Assembly (NCBI RefSeq): GCF_009914755.1
Contig: NC_060939.1
From: the human T2T-CHM13v2.0 reference genome, Homo sapiens
Strand: one strand, 5' to 3'
DNA length: 64,000 nt
Shown piece after piece: positions 41,990 to 58,607 of this stretch (the first letter of the stretch is position 1; every line of letters starts with the position of its first letter). The position numbers and the translations under genes are program-made. The notes under the pieces were generated by a model. It was not told the DNA's origin, did not search any database, and was given only the letters and a program-made list of their open reading frames with translations.

Positions 41990-43099
41990 GGCTTAGGAGG
42001 AAGAATTTGTTTTTCTTATTCAAGCTTGCATTGATGTCCTAAAAATTTAATATAAAATTGTTAAAAAAGATCATACTGTAACATCATAAATTATGTATAT
42101 AATATCATCTACCTCAAATATTCTAATATAGAACTAGGAGAACGCTTAGTGGTTGCACATTACTAGATAATCATTTTAGAATTACAAGGAATTGCTACAA
42201 ATGATTTTCCAGTTTTTTTCCCCATGATTTTGACATGGGCATTTATACTCCTTTATGCAGTATAGCTGTTATATTTATTAAAATGTCTTTACCATTTCCT
42301 TCAAATGTCTGCCTTCTGACTTAGTCTAGAATTTTCCATGTACTGTCCTTTCTACCTGCTGTCAAGTCACTGGTAAAATCTTCAGCTCATGTTTGCATGT
42401 CTGCCCCTTTATTTTCCTGTTCTCTCTAAATTCAGTATTTACAGAGTGCCTACCAAGAGAATGGCACTGTGACAGGTTCCAGAGAGAAGATGATGATTAA
42501 AGGCATGCTCCCAATCCTAAAAATTTATACTCTAGAGAATGTAACAAACATACAAAAAGATAAGAACTGGGATAAAGATACAAAGCATACCATGGAGGCT
42601 GCCTGTAGAAGTGAGCTGGATCAGAAAAGCTTCCAGGTTCTTTAAGCTAGACTTTAGCCAAGCAGAGGAGGGAAGTCATTCCAGAGGCTGACAGAATAGA
42701 ATAAGTAAAGCCATGGAAGGATGAAATGTTTGTGGGGAAAAACATAAACTGTTCTACATTATCAGGGCATAAGTACGAATAGGGAGTGGCAGGAGATGAA
42801 GCTGAAAGAGACAGCATAGATGGAGTTGTTTGGCAGGATAGGTGCAAGCAGTGGGGAGTCACTGAAGAATTTTAGGCAGGAAAGGTCAGACAGCTGGGCT
42901 TCAGTGCGTGATTTAGAAACAGATGAGGGATGGGGGCTCGAAAAGGGTGGCAGCAGTACACAGTCAATAAATATTTACTGAGCTTCCACTACACGTCAGG
43001 TGTAAGATCTTGACCTCATGGCCCTTTCAGTCTGGAGATGGATGGGGGAAAATACATTTGAGGAGCAATCATCAGATAAAACTCAGCAAAAATAATGGC

Positions 43100-46000
43100 C
43101 AGCCATCAGTCCTTACATTTCACACCTTGCTAGCACTGGATTCAACAGATCATTTCTGCCTTCTTGAAACATTTCTTTGGCTTTGAGACAGCATTCTCAG
43201 TTCTCATGTCACTGGATACCATTGTATTTTTTATTTTCTTTTGCTGGTTCCTCCTCAGCTCCCTGACTTGTAACTGTTGAACTGCCCTAAGTTTTCTTGG
43301 GTCCTCTATTTTCCACATACTTTACTCTTAGTTACCTCATCCAGACTTACGGCTTTAAATACCATCTACTATCTGGTGATGACTCTCAAATTTGTATCTC
43401 CAGCCCTCAATTCTCCCTTTGTACCCATATATAAAACTGCCTGCTTGACACTGGATAAAAATATCAAGTAGGTAGCTCAAATTCAATTTGTCAAAAACCA
43501 TGTTTCTGATGCTACTCTTGCAAATATGCTCTGTCCTCAGTCTTACCCACCTCGGTAACAGTAAACATAGTCTTCCTGTAACAGCTCAAAAACCTGAGTC
43601 AAGAGTAACTTCTCTTTTTCTTACCTGGCATCCAATCCATCAGCCAACCTTTCAGCTCGTCCTTCTAACTATAGCCAGAATCTGACAGCTTCTACCATCT
43701 TCAATGCTATTACCCTAAGTCACCATCATCTGTCACTAAAGTTAATGTGATAACTCATGGTCTCCTTATTTCCAGTCTTGCCTATCCCAACCCCACCCTC
43801 ATAGTAGCCACACTAAGACTTTAAAACATAAGGCAAATCACATCACTGGTCTATTCAAAACCACCAATGGCAGCATCCCATCTCAGTGAAAACCACAGAG
43901 TCCATGGCTTGGAAGGCCTATGTGATTTGGGCCCCCCAGTGCCTACTTCCCTATCTTCGCCCACTCACCCTCTCACTCTGCTCTGGTCATACTGGTCCCC
44001 TGCTGTTCTTTGACAGGGGAAGCATGATCCTGCTTGAGGGCCTTTGTGGTGGCTCTTCTTTTTGCTGACAGTATTCTTTCCAAATACCTGCATAGTTCAC
44101 TCTCTCATTTGATTCAGATCTCTGGGTCAAACATTACTCCATCAGAAAGGCCTTCTATAATCAACCTATAAGAAAGAATTACCTTCCTTCTTCCTCACAC
44201 TGCTTTATTTTCATTCATACCAATAACTGAAGCTAACATATATATGCTTATTCTGTCTCCATCTACTAAAATAGATGACACACTGAAGACAGGGACTTCT
44301 GTTCATTTACATATTTACCAACTAGAACAACGTATGTAGTATCTATTAAGTATCTGTTGAGTGAAATACTTGGTAGTATGTTAAAGTGCTAATATATTAG
44401 AAATGTATCTGAGTATGACACAAAGTATTCCACTTCACTGAGGAAACTGCAGCAATAACTTCCAGACTCACAGCCACATCCAGCTACCTACCAATAGCTA
44501 TACAGGTTGAACATTCCTTATCTGAAATGCTTGGGACCTGAAGTCTTTTGGATTTTAGAATATCTGCATCGTATATACTTAGTGATTGAGTACCCCAAAT
44601 TCAAGCTCTGAAATGCTCCAAAGAGCATTTCCTTTCAGTGTCATGTTGGTGCTCAAAGTTTTGGATTTTGGAGCATTTTGAATTTGGGATGCCCAACCTG
44701 TACCCATATACTCTCCCTCCCTGTCACTATAGTTGAACTCTATACCTATTTTTATCTAAATCCAATCCTTCTACCTTTGTATCAGGCATTGTCTTCTAAT
44801 TCACTCAAGGATATTGTTCTGACAATTCAGTTGTTACTTCTCTCCCTCACCATCAAATTTTCCCTCTCTGCGGATCATTTCCATTAGCAAACACATAGGT
44901 GGCTACTTCTCCCACCTTAAAAAGTAAAACAAAACAAAAACCCCTCAACCCAAATCCCCTGCCAGCTACATCCTATTTCTCAGTTCCCCTTTGCAGCAAA
45001 ATCCCTTAGTTTTGTCTGTATTCACTGTCTCCCAATTCCTTTTTTCCTATTTTCTCTTAAGCTAATTTTTGCCTCTAGCACTCTAAGGAAACAGGTTGGT
45101 GAAGGTCATCAATGGCAATGCTAAAGCTAATTCTCTAGCCTCACTCAGAATATTGGACACAGCTGATTACTCCCTCCTCTTTCGTACAGGATCTTACCTT
45201 GGCTTCTGGGACACTGCCCTTTTCGGATTGTCCTAACTCACAAGTTCATCCTTCTTAATACTGTTTGCTGGTTGATCCCGTTTTCGCTAAACTCTTAATA
45301 TCACAGGACACAGTCCTTAGGCCTCTGCTGCTTTCCGTCTACACCCATTCCTTACGGATAACATTTATTCTCATGGTTTAAGTACCACTGCTGATGATCC
45401 CCAAATTCATATAGCATAGAACTTCTCACTCCTGAATCTAGCTGCCTACTCAACATCTCTATTTGTTATCTTTTGCATCGTGGCTTAAAGAACTCCATAC
45501 TTCTACGAGCTTGGGCAAAACCTTTGATTTCATCCTCCACTCCCTCTATCTCACTCTCCATATCCAATTCCTAGCAAATACTGTAAGGCCTACCTTCAAA
45601 ATGCATTCAGAATCCAACCACTTCTCACCATCCCTACGGTTATCACCCTGACCTGGGCCACTCTCGTCATCTGGATTACTGCAAAAATCTCCTAAATGAT
45701 TTCCCTGCTTCTACACTCACCCCTACACTCTAATCACAACTCACAGCCAGGGTGATCTTCTAAAACTTCAGTTACAACATACCTCTCCTCTATTCAAAAT
45801 CTCCCATGGCTTCTATCAGCCTTTACAATGATCCGGCTACCATGATCTCTTTGACTTTATCTTCTTGTCCCTCCACCCCCAAAACTCTTGCTCATCCCTC
45901 TCCAGATACACTGGCTTCCTTGCTATTCCTCAAACATGACAGGCCTAAAAGCATTTGTATTGGCTTTCCTATCTGCCTGAATGCTCTTCCTGATATTTAC

Positions 46001-46320
46001 TTAGCAAATTTTCTTAATTCCTTCAAGTCTTTGCTCAAATAACACCTACTAAATGAGGCTCAAACTGACCACCGTCATCTTTAAAATACCAGTTCCCACC
46101 TCCACTCTGGAACTTTCCCGTACTCCTTTATATTTCTCTTTTTTTTTTTGATGGCACCATCACTTTCTAACACCATTATATATTTTATTTTCTGCATCCT
46201 CTAATAGAATGTAAGCTCCATGAGGGCAAAGCTTTTTATTTTGTTCACTTAAGTAAAATAGGCGTCTAGAACAGTACCTGGCACACAATAGGAGCCAAAA
46301 AAAAATCTGTTCAGTAAACG
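43100..46320 (+). mobile_element. L2 remnants (~43100-44370 and ~44710-46320) in GTF2A2 intron 1
   Basis: L2 3' phrases tagaatgtaagctccatgagggca...tagaacagtacctggcacacaataggagc near 46205-46295, and catggcttggaaggccta near 43905. Confidence 0.65.
44503..44700. mobile_element. Tigger4/MER46-like MITE
   Basis: TA-CAGGTTGAACATTCC ... GGGATGCCCAACCTG-TA: terminal inverted repeats with TA duplication. Confidence 0.8.
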
Positions 46321-46859
46321 AAGGCAAATATCAGTAAGTATAATATGCGTGTGGGAGGGGAGAGGGGGTTAAAAAGGGCAAGAAGTCCCAATAGGTAGAT
46401 AAAAACTCCACAGAGTAGGAATACAGAATCGTGCATCGTGTCCCATTTGACAAATTTTTGAGTTTATCTAGAAAATAGCCCTGCGTTAAACGTTTGTTAA
46501 AAGTGCTGATTTCAATGTTCTTACATTCTTTAAAAATTCCTTGTTAAGTGTTCTAATCTTTTAGATGTGGTATCAGCCACAGAAATTTATTGTTCCCTTC
46601 TTGTTTTGCAGTTCAGAAAATTAGAAGTCAAATTCGGAAGTAACTCGTCCTAGCATTTTTTGATTAAACCACCAAGTTTAAAATTCGTCCCTTTTGTCGG
46701 AGTTCGCACGAAGAAAGTTGGAAGGCAGACTTCAAACAACAAGCTACAAAGCACAGGAATGAGACATTTAAAAAATGCTCTCCGAAATTCGGCAAAACTC
46801 ACAGGGCGCTAGTGGATGCTTTAAGACATTCACCTGGCTGAAAATACGGTGGTGGGCTG

Positions 46860-47410
46860 AGGACCTCCCCTAGGTGGGTTCTGTGGGCGCCCCGTGAACG
46901 ACGAGCCTCCCGCCACGGGACGCGACCATCCCCGCCGCCTCGCCGCCCTTCTCCGGTGCCGGCCGCGGGGCCTTGCCGGCAACGGTCGGTAACGGGCAGA
47001 TCCCAGGAGCGAAGGGCCCTCAGAGACTACCCCACCAACGCACTCCGACTCCGGGGGGGCGGCAGGGAGCGCGGCCCTGCTTCCCTCCCTAACCCTGCCC
47101 TCCCTAACCCACTACCTGTGGGGAAGGCGCTTCCCTCCGCGGAGCGGACAGAAGCCGCCACGAGCCCGGCAGGAGGTTCCTACTTCTCCGACCACCTCTC
47201 CAGCCGCCGCAGAAACCGCAGAACTGAGCTGACGACCCGGAAGTGCTCGCGGAACCTGGAAGTGACACCCCGCCCGAGGGCCGGGAGGCCCCGCCCAGCC
47301 CTGCTCTCGCCCGCCACTCAAGCCTTGTCAGGGAAGGGCGTGGAGAGGGAAGGAGGGGCGTCGGGCTGGAGCTTGAAGCCTTAAAGTGGTGGACAGGCGC
47401 TCTGCTCGAG
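46860..47410 (-). promoter_or_regulatory. GTF2A2: CpG island / TATA-less GTF2A2 promoter with ETS (GABP-type) sites and GC boxes
   Basis: Only CpG-dense non-Alu region. CCGGAAGTG 47237-47245, CTGGAAGTG 47256-47264, CCCCGCCC boxes near 47268 and 47289; another CCGGAAGTG at 47522-47530. Confidence 0.88.
47116..47250 (-). other. GTF2A2: GTF2A2 non-coding exon 1 (start approximate)
   Basis: Lies within the CpG island; donor CAG|GTAGTG at 47116/47115. Confidence 0.7.
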
Positions 47411-47588
47411 TAATTCACCAGGTTTACTAAATCGTTCCTAAGGGAATTATAATTTTTAGAGACTAATCTTCTCCATTGTTAGATGCACAATTTAAGAAAT
47501 GTAGGGCATTCATATTTCATGCCGGAAGTGTGTTCAGGGTAACAGTGTTGAAGACCTTGCAGACGAATTCTGAAAAGATTATAGCAGG

Positions 47589-48607
<1,019 letters not shown>

Positions 48608-48863
48608 TCATCCTTGGATTCCCCATTAATTAAAAAAAAATCTCAACTATGAAACACAAAGTTTCATTATTGTTTTGATGTTAAAATAAAGCAGGCTGAA
48701 CTCTCTAATCCCCAAAGAATAGAAGCACTTAGACTATAGAAAGGGAAACAAGTGTAAAGGTCTGAAATTATTTAAGAGGTTTATAGGATAATTCAAAGCA
48801 AAAATTTAGTAGCATAATGAAAGAAAAATGTGATAAAAAGACAAAGACGAACGTTCCAATTAA

Positions 48864-48869
48864 TTTATT
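48864..48869 (-). terminator. BNIP2: Candidate distal BNIP2 poly(A) signal
   Basis: AATAAA on the minus strand followed by a GU/U-rich tract (revcomp of aaaaagacaaagacgaa). Confidence 0.55.
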
Positions 48870-50766
48870 TAAATTCATTAATGTTGCAAAAAATATGATG
48901 TGCAACAAATCAAGACACAAGTTATATTCCTAACAGGTCAAAGAAAATATTACATCTCCTTAGTAAATCATGACCAACTCTGGTATTTCTTACAGGGACC
49001 ACATTAATATCTTGCACACACAGACATCAGAACTGAATTTCTGACAGTACTAGGCTGGGCAACATCATCTTAAGAGTAGGAAAATATCACAGTACATTAA
49101 TTTTGTCTAAATGACAGCAATGAACCTGTGGTAACAAAAGTATTTTTGGAATAGATATCAAAGTGTGTTAATGTCTTAACAAACTCTGAATTGTGTTCTG
49201 TGTGAATAGTGCTCCAAGGGCTGTGCAAGTCAGTGGCCCTGAACATCATCAATATTTACTAGCTAGGTTTACACAAATAAACAAGCAACTGTTAAACGGA
49301 CATTAAACTTTACAAAGTCCACATACAAAAAGTGCAGTGTAGAAGCTGATGAATGTTATTTTCCAAGTTCCTCCTTAGCCAAACTGCATAAAAATTTCAA
49401 AATGCAAATATTTTAACTTCTTGTTAAACATGATTCTAAGACATCCTACAAGCCTAGTATCATTAATTTGAAAGCACGAAATGATTTTCATTTGGTGCTT
49501 ACGTGCTTTATGTGAATTTTTCATAGCATTTTACTTAGTTCTCAAAACATAAATAGGTCTATTATAAATAGTTGCAACATACTGTTATATTCAAATTTTA
49601 GTGTCACTCCTTACTGTTAAACATGCCAGACTACTTTATTTTCAATTATCCTTTAGAACTTCAAAGGAAAGTTACATAACTGGGTCTCACCATTGATCTG
49701 ATTCTAAGTTCATTCAGAATCTCAAGAAGGGCAGAGGGGGATGCTTGCCAGGTAATTCTTTTGTATTAGCTTAGAACATTTGAGTAGATAATACCCCACT
49801 TCCCTCACCAGTTGGCCTTCCCATTCAAGTCTAAGTTCTTGACTCTTTCTCGCAGCAACTCAAACTACACAATTCCTATGACCTATGACAAGACCAGACC
49901 TATTTTAACAGCAAAATAGGTCTAACTTGTGAGTACATACATTAATGCCTCTTTTTACTCTATCCCTCTCAGATTTGTGGTCCATTTCTCAAATGTCCAT
50001 ATAGGATTGGAGAAAAAACAGGCATGAAAACAAAATAGAATGGTGTAGCAATCTCTATTTTCAGCCTATCTCCTACTCCCATTTGCTTGAGCAAGTTTAA
50101 CACTTCTCCACATATAACATGGAAAAAGGAAGGATGAACCTACCGTAACATCTCTACCAATCTCATCAGGAAACTGGCCTGTTCTATCTGATATGTCCTA
50201 ATGCTAATTTATCACTTGAAGAAATATAAAAAGCCACTTCTGTATAAAACACATGTCCAAATTCCCTGAGCATTCACATAAACAGCCAAATAGAAATGTT
50301 ATATAGTCTTTTTAAAAGGCCTCTATCAAAAAGCAGATCTCTTACCTTTTTAAATTCTGGAATTACGGTTAAAAAAATTCTAGCTACAGATATATGCTTG
50401 CCAATCAGCGTATTTCAGTATTCAGTGCACTTACTAGTGATGTCCATTTTGGAAGACTAAATCAATGTTCAGCAACAGTGAAATATGAAAAAACAAAAAA
50501 ACAAAAAAACCAACCAAAAACCCTCAATCCTAAACTTTTAAGTGCTGTAACTGCTAACCTTCTCTGCTCGAACTTGCTTCTGTATGAAGAGACAAAGAAA
50601 GAGAAAATATGAATTCTTATCATGGGTATGTATTATCAACTTTTCCCCCTTCAATCCACAGTCTTTATTCACATACCTTGCGTATAGCCTGCAGGTTTTC
50701 CTGCTGCATACAAGAAATGTTACCATCAGCAGTCACATATGGTACTTCCCTTAAAAGGACACACAT

Positions 50767-51098
<332 letters not shown>

Positions 51099-52593
51099 CT
51101 ATGTCTTTATCTCTTTATAAAGGTTTGCTTTCTCTTACTTCCTAGTTTTATCACTTTCCAATGCCTCTGCTAGACCCTACTTAGAATCATATTTCTTCAT
51201 ATCTCCCTCTGAGTTAAAGATTGTTAAGCTTAAATTGTGGGGTGAATAGAACGTCTTCCCTTGGTGCTTGCTTAGGAGTATGATCAAGCAGAACACAGAA
51301 TCAAATTATTTCACATGAAAAACTTCTGACTAAAAAAGGGGCACTTAGAGCCTAGTGACAGAAGCATCAAATTAAGCCAGTTAAATTAGATCCATGATCC
51401 CAACAGAAAGATAAAAGTACAATCACATATACTTTCACCTTGGTCAGTAATGGGAAATTAAAATGGAATAATATGGGAAATGTTAACTTAGCTATAGATT
51501 AGAAACAACAGACTTAATAAATGCTCTTCCTCTAACCTACTATTATGATCTTAAATCTTATAAAACATTTATTGTGGGTACATCTCTATACCAGATTCCA
51601 TTAAGGTGCAGGTTAAAGCAGGTATCCCTTTAGTTTACTGATTCACAGCACCTCATTTTCATTATATCCCAGGTGTTATCACTGTTGTCTCTGAATTTTA
51701 ATGTTTAACAGAATAGTCTTCTACTTTTAAAAAAAATTCAGAAAAACATCACTTTTGCAACATGTATCTACAGTTAGGAGCAATGACTGCAAAATCAAAA
51801 ATCAAAATAATGCAAAAAAGAGTTGAAGTTATTCTTCATATTTTTTAAACTGAAGAACCAAGTACTTAATGTGGTAGAAAACCACCTATTAAAAACCTCA
51901 GCCCATTTTGAGCAAGATAAAGATGTACAGATGAAAGACTACGTTAAATCGTCTACAAATATAGAATCTAATGACAAATTCAATATAATTGTTTATACAT
52001 AATCCTTATATGGTAAATTCAGAAGGAATGCCTAACTTGTTATTGTTAGTTTGCTTCTTCAACAAAAAGTGTTCCTAAAATGAGAGCAAGCAATAATCGT
52101 TTTGGCTCAATTCACTGTAATGACATTAGTTCAGGATCTGCCAAGAGCTGCTGGATCTGAGTTAAGTCAGGAGGCTGCTGAGGAATGTTTCATCCTGGGA
52201 ATCCTCCAGCATCTCTCTCCTATAACTGGTTTTAAGTTAGCATGCCAAGTTTAGGACTGAGGAGGACAAAAAATATAGGAAAGTTCCCTTTTGTAACAGA
52301 AGGTTTGTAAGTACATGAGAATGGTCACAGCCACATGTGTGTTCAATCTAGGATAGACTAAATCTTAAAAGGTTAGCTCACATCCACTTCAATTTTGCTA
52401 CTCTAGGCCACTGTTTTGTAAAATACCTTACAGGAAGGGTTGAAGAGTAGCCATGACCTTCAAATTTGGAAGGTATTATGCTTACCAGCTGTGTATGAGC
52501 CTTTCAAGTATATGACACAATATCAGATCAATCTGTTGTTTTAGAAATAATTTTGTCGGTAATTAAACTTTTTGTTTGGAGGCACAAACACAA

Positions 52594-52599
52594 TTTATT
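52594..52599 (-). terminator. BNIP2: Candidate proximal BNIP2 poly(A) signal
   Basis: AATAAA on the minus strand ~1.2 kb after the stop. Confidence 0.6.
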
Positions 52600-53781
52600 T
52601 CAATGTAAAGGTACTACCAAATGAAACAGTTTAAATGCTTGTAACAAACGTGTTATCCAAAACAGCACAATATGATGATGCTAAGACTTACAAAATTAAC
52701 CTAATTTACAGTATTGTCAAACATGATTTCATACAAACTTGAATAAACACCACATCTAACTAGGTCAAACAACTACCGAGTTCAAATAATTGATATGGAA
52801 GTATTTTGGTAAAGTGCCCATAGTGAGAGTTTAAAAAGCAGCCCCTGTTTTCTATAGAAAAAGTTGTGACAGTGAATAACTCATCACATTCTCTGCAATA
52901 CTACTCAGCACTCATATACACTCAGGGGAGCAATACCCTGGACACATAGCTTATTTCACATTAGTGAACAAACTCAAGATTTTTATAAAGTTCTGACTTT
53001 GGGCCAGAAGATAAAATGTCCCATATATACATATATACAAACCCTAATTCCTACCCTCTTAAATCCTCTAGTTCTAAGAATGGCTTTTTGACTTGTCTTT
53101 AAGTTTAGAAAGGAAAAAGTGTGCAATGCGCTTGCATCTGTACTTGCTGAATTATGAAACAAATATGTTAAATGAGAAAAACACCTTGGGATGGTACTAA
53201 TACACTTCGATTATATACATGATCTTTGGGTATTCATGACAATCAGTTTAACCATCTGTTGCCTTATGAAAAACTTAATTTCCTAAGTTACCCAGGAAAT
53301 GTATTTAACCATTTACAAAAACAAAAATTCTAATATGCACTTTAGAAAATCGTGGTCTTATATACCTGCATATTTCTTCCATAAGACAGGTACACATTAA
53401 AAAATATTGCTCAATGACATAAAAATATATATTATTTCTTTCCTTTGCCATTTATGCATATAAATATTTCACCGAAGAAGATGCATCATTCAATAAACAA
53501 ATGCAAAAACTACTTTATATAAAGTGTGGTTCTCTATTTAGCAATATAAAATATAAAACGATAATAATACAGTTAGCTATTAAAGAGCTAAATTCAAGAA
53601 ATTTGCAAACCAGTACAGCAGTGAACAGTCCCTTGTATAATACAAAAGTCCATTATGAAAAAGTCAAGTCTATTTTGTAACAGGTTACATAAAAATATGG
53701 GCCAATAAATGCATTATGAATGCAGAAACAGCACTGCTCCATCAGCACATTCTTCAGTCTTGTTTGGACTAGATGCCAAAC

Positions 53782-53833
53782 TTACTGTTCATTTTTCGGT
53801 TCATCTTGTTTTCCATTAAGTTCTTGATCAACT
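53782..53833 (-). CDS. BNIP2: BNIP2 last coding exon (Q)VDQELNGKQDEPKNEQ*
   Basis: aaacag|A GTT GAT ... GAA CAG TAA; phase 2 matches the upstream exon. Confidence 0.95.
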
Positions 53834-54011
53834 CTGTTTAATGAAGAATATATAAAATAAGAAACCAGCAACTGAACAATTTTCTTTCTAAAAATAATGA
53901 CTATTTTAGCATAGAATATTACTCTGTTAAAGACAAAGCTTTGCAAAGAAGCAGACATAGTAAAAACAGTTACCAAACATCATTTCCCCAACCAGAAAAG
54001 AGAATTTTTAA

Positions 54012-56428
<2,417 letters not shown>

Positions 56429-57816
56429 TTATCATTTTCAGATTGACAAAAATTTATTATTTTTTAAGACTAAAGAAACTACAAAAAACAGAACGTTTTT
56501 GAAAGATACATGTAATCATTCTATTTATGGTTAAACACAAGTAAAAAAAAAATCAAGATAAAATAGTGACAGGTTTCAAACAATATATTTAAATAAAAAG
56601 TACAAATTCCATATTTTTTCTGATGTCTAAATTACTTAACAGTATTAAAAACTTTTTTTAAAAAGGCTTAATACAGCATATTTTATCAACAAAGGCAATT
56701 CACTGTGAAATCTATGAAGCAGCTGGCTTCAAAATATTCTACAATTACAAATCATATTTTTAATTTCAGCCACTTGTCTGTCGAATGCACAGCAATGCCT
56801 AGAAAGGAATGTGAAATCAGCATGATCTAAAATCACTGTCTACATTTCTATGTTAAAGTGTTGGTTAAACTGTGAAGTGTCATATAGAAGTGTAAAACTG
56901 ATTCTATCACAAAGTCTACTAAATTCTCACTCATCAACAGAAACAAAATGTGTTCAAAGTTAAGAATGTTCCAGTTAGTTACAGTTGGCTCCTTAGAATG
57001 GTCAAGATAATTACATATAAATCTCTCACCGTAACTCTTAAGATTGTATTAAACTATGTTTTGCTAATTTAATTGCCAATATTTTAAAGATCTAACAAAC
57101 TAGATCTAAATTCTACGTTTTTCTAAATTATTATACAAAATTCTAAGTATTTTATACCCTTGCCTTTCATCATCTATGTCAAGGTATCAATAGATAATAG
57201 TTTGTTATGCTCAAAGCAGAAGTGTTCAAAATTAAATTTAAAATAGAAAGTGAAGTGTTTAACTGTTAAATGGGACACTGAGATTTTAGGTATTTTATCA
57301 CATGTAGAATTTGACTGGTTAGCAAGCCATTTAATTTAAGCATAAAAGGAAACCAATGTTGGTTAGCCAAAGTATATATGCATTGCAAATATAATAATCA
57401 ACCCCAGGGAAATAAATTGAGAACTTTTAAAAAGTCTGCAAAAATATTTCAAAAGCACAAGTTAGCGATTTAAAGAAAATGGTGAAACAGATAAAGTCTT
57501 AAAATTATTTGGTGTTCCAAATACCATTTTTAGTAATTTCTCTGGTTTCACCATTAGTACTTAGACTAAGAAGGAGAGAGAAGGGTCTGTGGTTTTTAAT
57601 TGCTAATTGGCATCATATATGGCAATAAAACATGGTGAATCCAAGTCATATTCAGCCTTAGGAACTCTGGGTTCACCCTGTATTTGGAAGTTGGGGTACA
57701 TTTATATTTGCAAATGCTATTATCTTTGTCTACAAGCTAACCAACCAATAAGGAAGAGTTAGTCTGCAATGCAAACGGACTAGTCTAGATGCAACCCAGT
57801 CAAGGTGTGCATATAC

Positions 57817-57852
57817 CTTTTTTGTTTCTTTTTAAACTTTTCTTCTTCATAC
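57817..57852 (-). CDS. BNIP2: BNIP2 36-nt frame-preserving cassette exon (Q)YEEEKFKKKQK(R)
   Basis: ctcttccctacaaag|G TAT GAA GAA GAA AAG TTT AAA AAG AAA CAA AAA AG|gtatat; phase 2 to phase 2, open frame. Confidence 0.75.
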
Positions 57853-58470
57853 CTTTGTAGGGAAGAGTTATTTCAGTAAATATACATGTTATGAAAATGA
57901 ATAAAAACTTGAAAAAAGCTACTAAAAATAAACTCATTTAAATTTTCCAGCAAAACCAAAAATATTTACTACATGATGTAGAAAGTAAAAATTTACTTAA
58001 TAAATCTGACTTTCATACATTAAATAGACTAAAACCTCAGGTGAGCAGAACAAAGAAACTTTTCCACATGCATTGTAATACTCAGTTATTTATGTTAACA
58101 GCCTTCTACCAAGTCCAAGAAGTTACATGGAAGAATGTGAATCTGATAATCAGAACAGAATTTCAGTCACTGGAAAACATTAAGGTTATGATGATTTAAA
58201 TATTTTTATTTATTTAGCAATATGATTATTCAAAAATAATATTGATGATCAGTTTACTCAAATTTGTTGAGCACTATGTTCAAGTTTGGAGAATGCTCTT
58301 TAGTACTGATCAATTAGAGAAATCATCTCTTAGATTATAAGTAGTCTATAAAAGTATAACATGAATCACAACCGGAAATAATTTATCCTAGTTCTTCAAC
58401 TGACAGCCTGAAGAAAATGCTAACTTAGGGGGATGGTGTGGGAAAATGGCTTCTTCCTCTTTTTCTTTGT

Positions 58471-58504
58471 TACACACACACACACACACGCGCGCGCGCG
58501 CACA
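58471..58504. repeat. (CA)n(CG)6(CA)2 alternating purine-pyrimidine microsatellite
   Basis: tacacacacacacacacacgcgcgcgcgcgcaca. Confidence 0.95.
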
Positions 58505-58607
58505 GTTATAAAATATAATACATAAAGAATGAGTATTGAAAAGTATTATCCATTGCACATCAAAATGTTAAGATCCAATACAATTAAGGAAATAAAACAA
58601 AACATAC

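Noticed and set aside
46956-47418. ORFs across the GTF2A2 CpG island
   Set aside because: GC-rich stop-poor sequence with no protein similarity.
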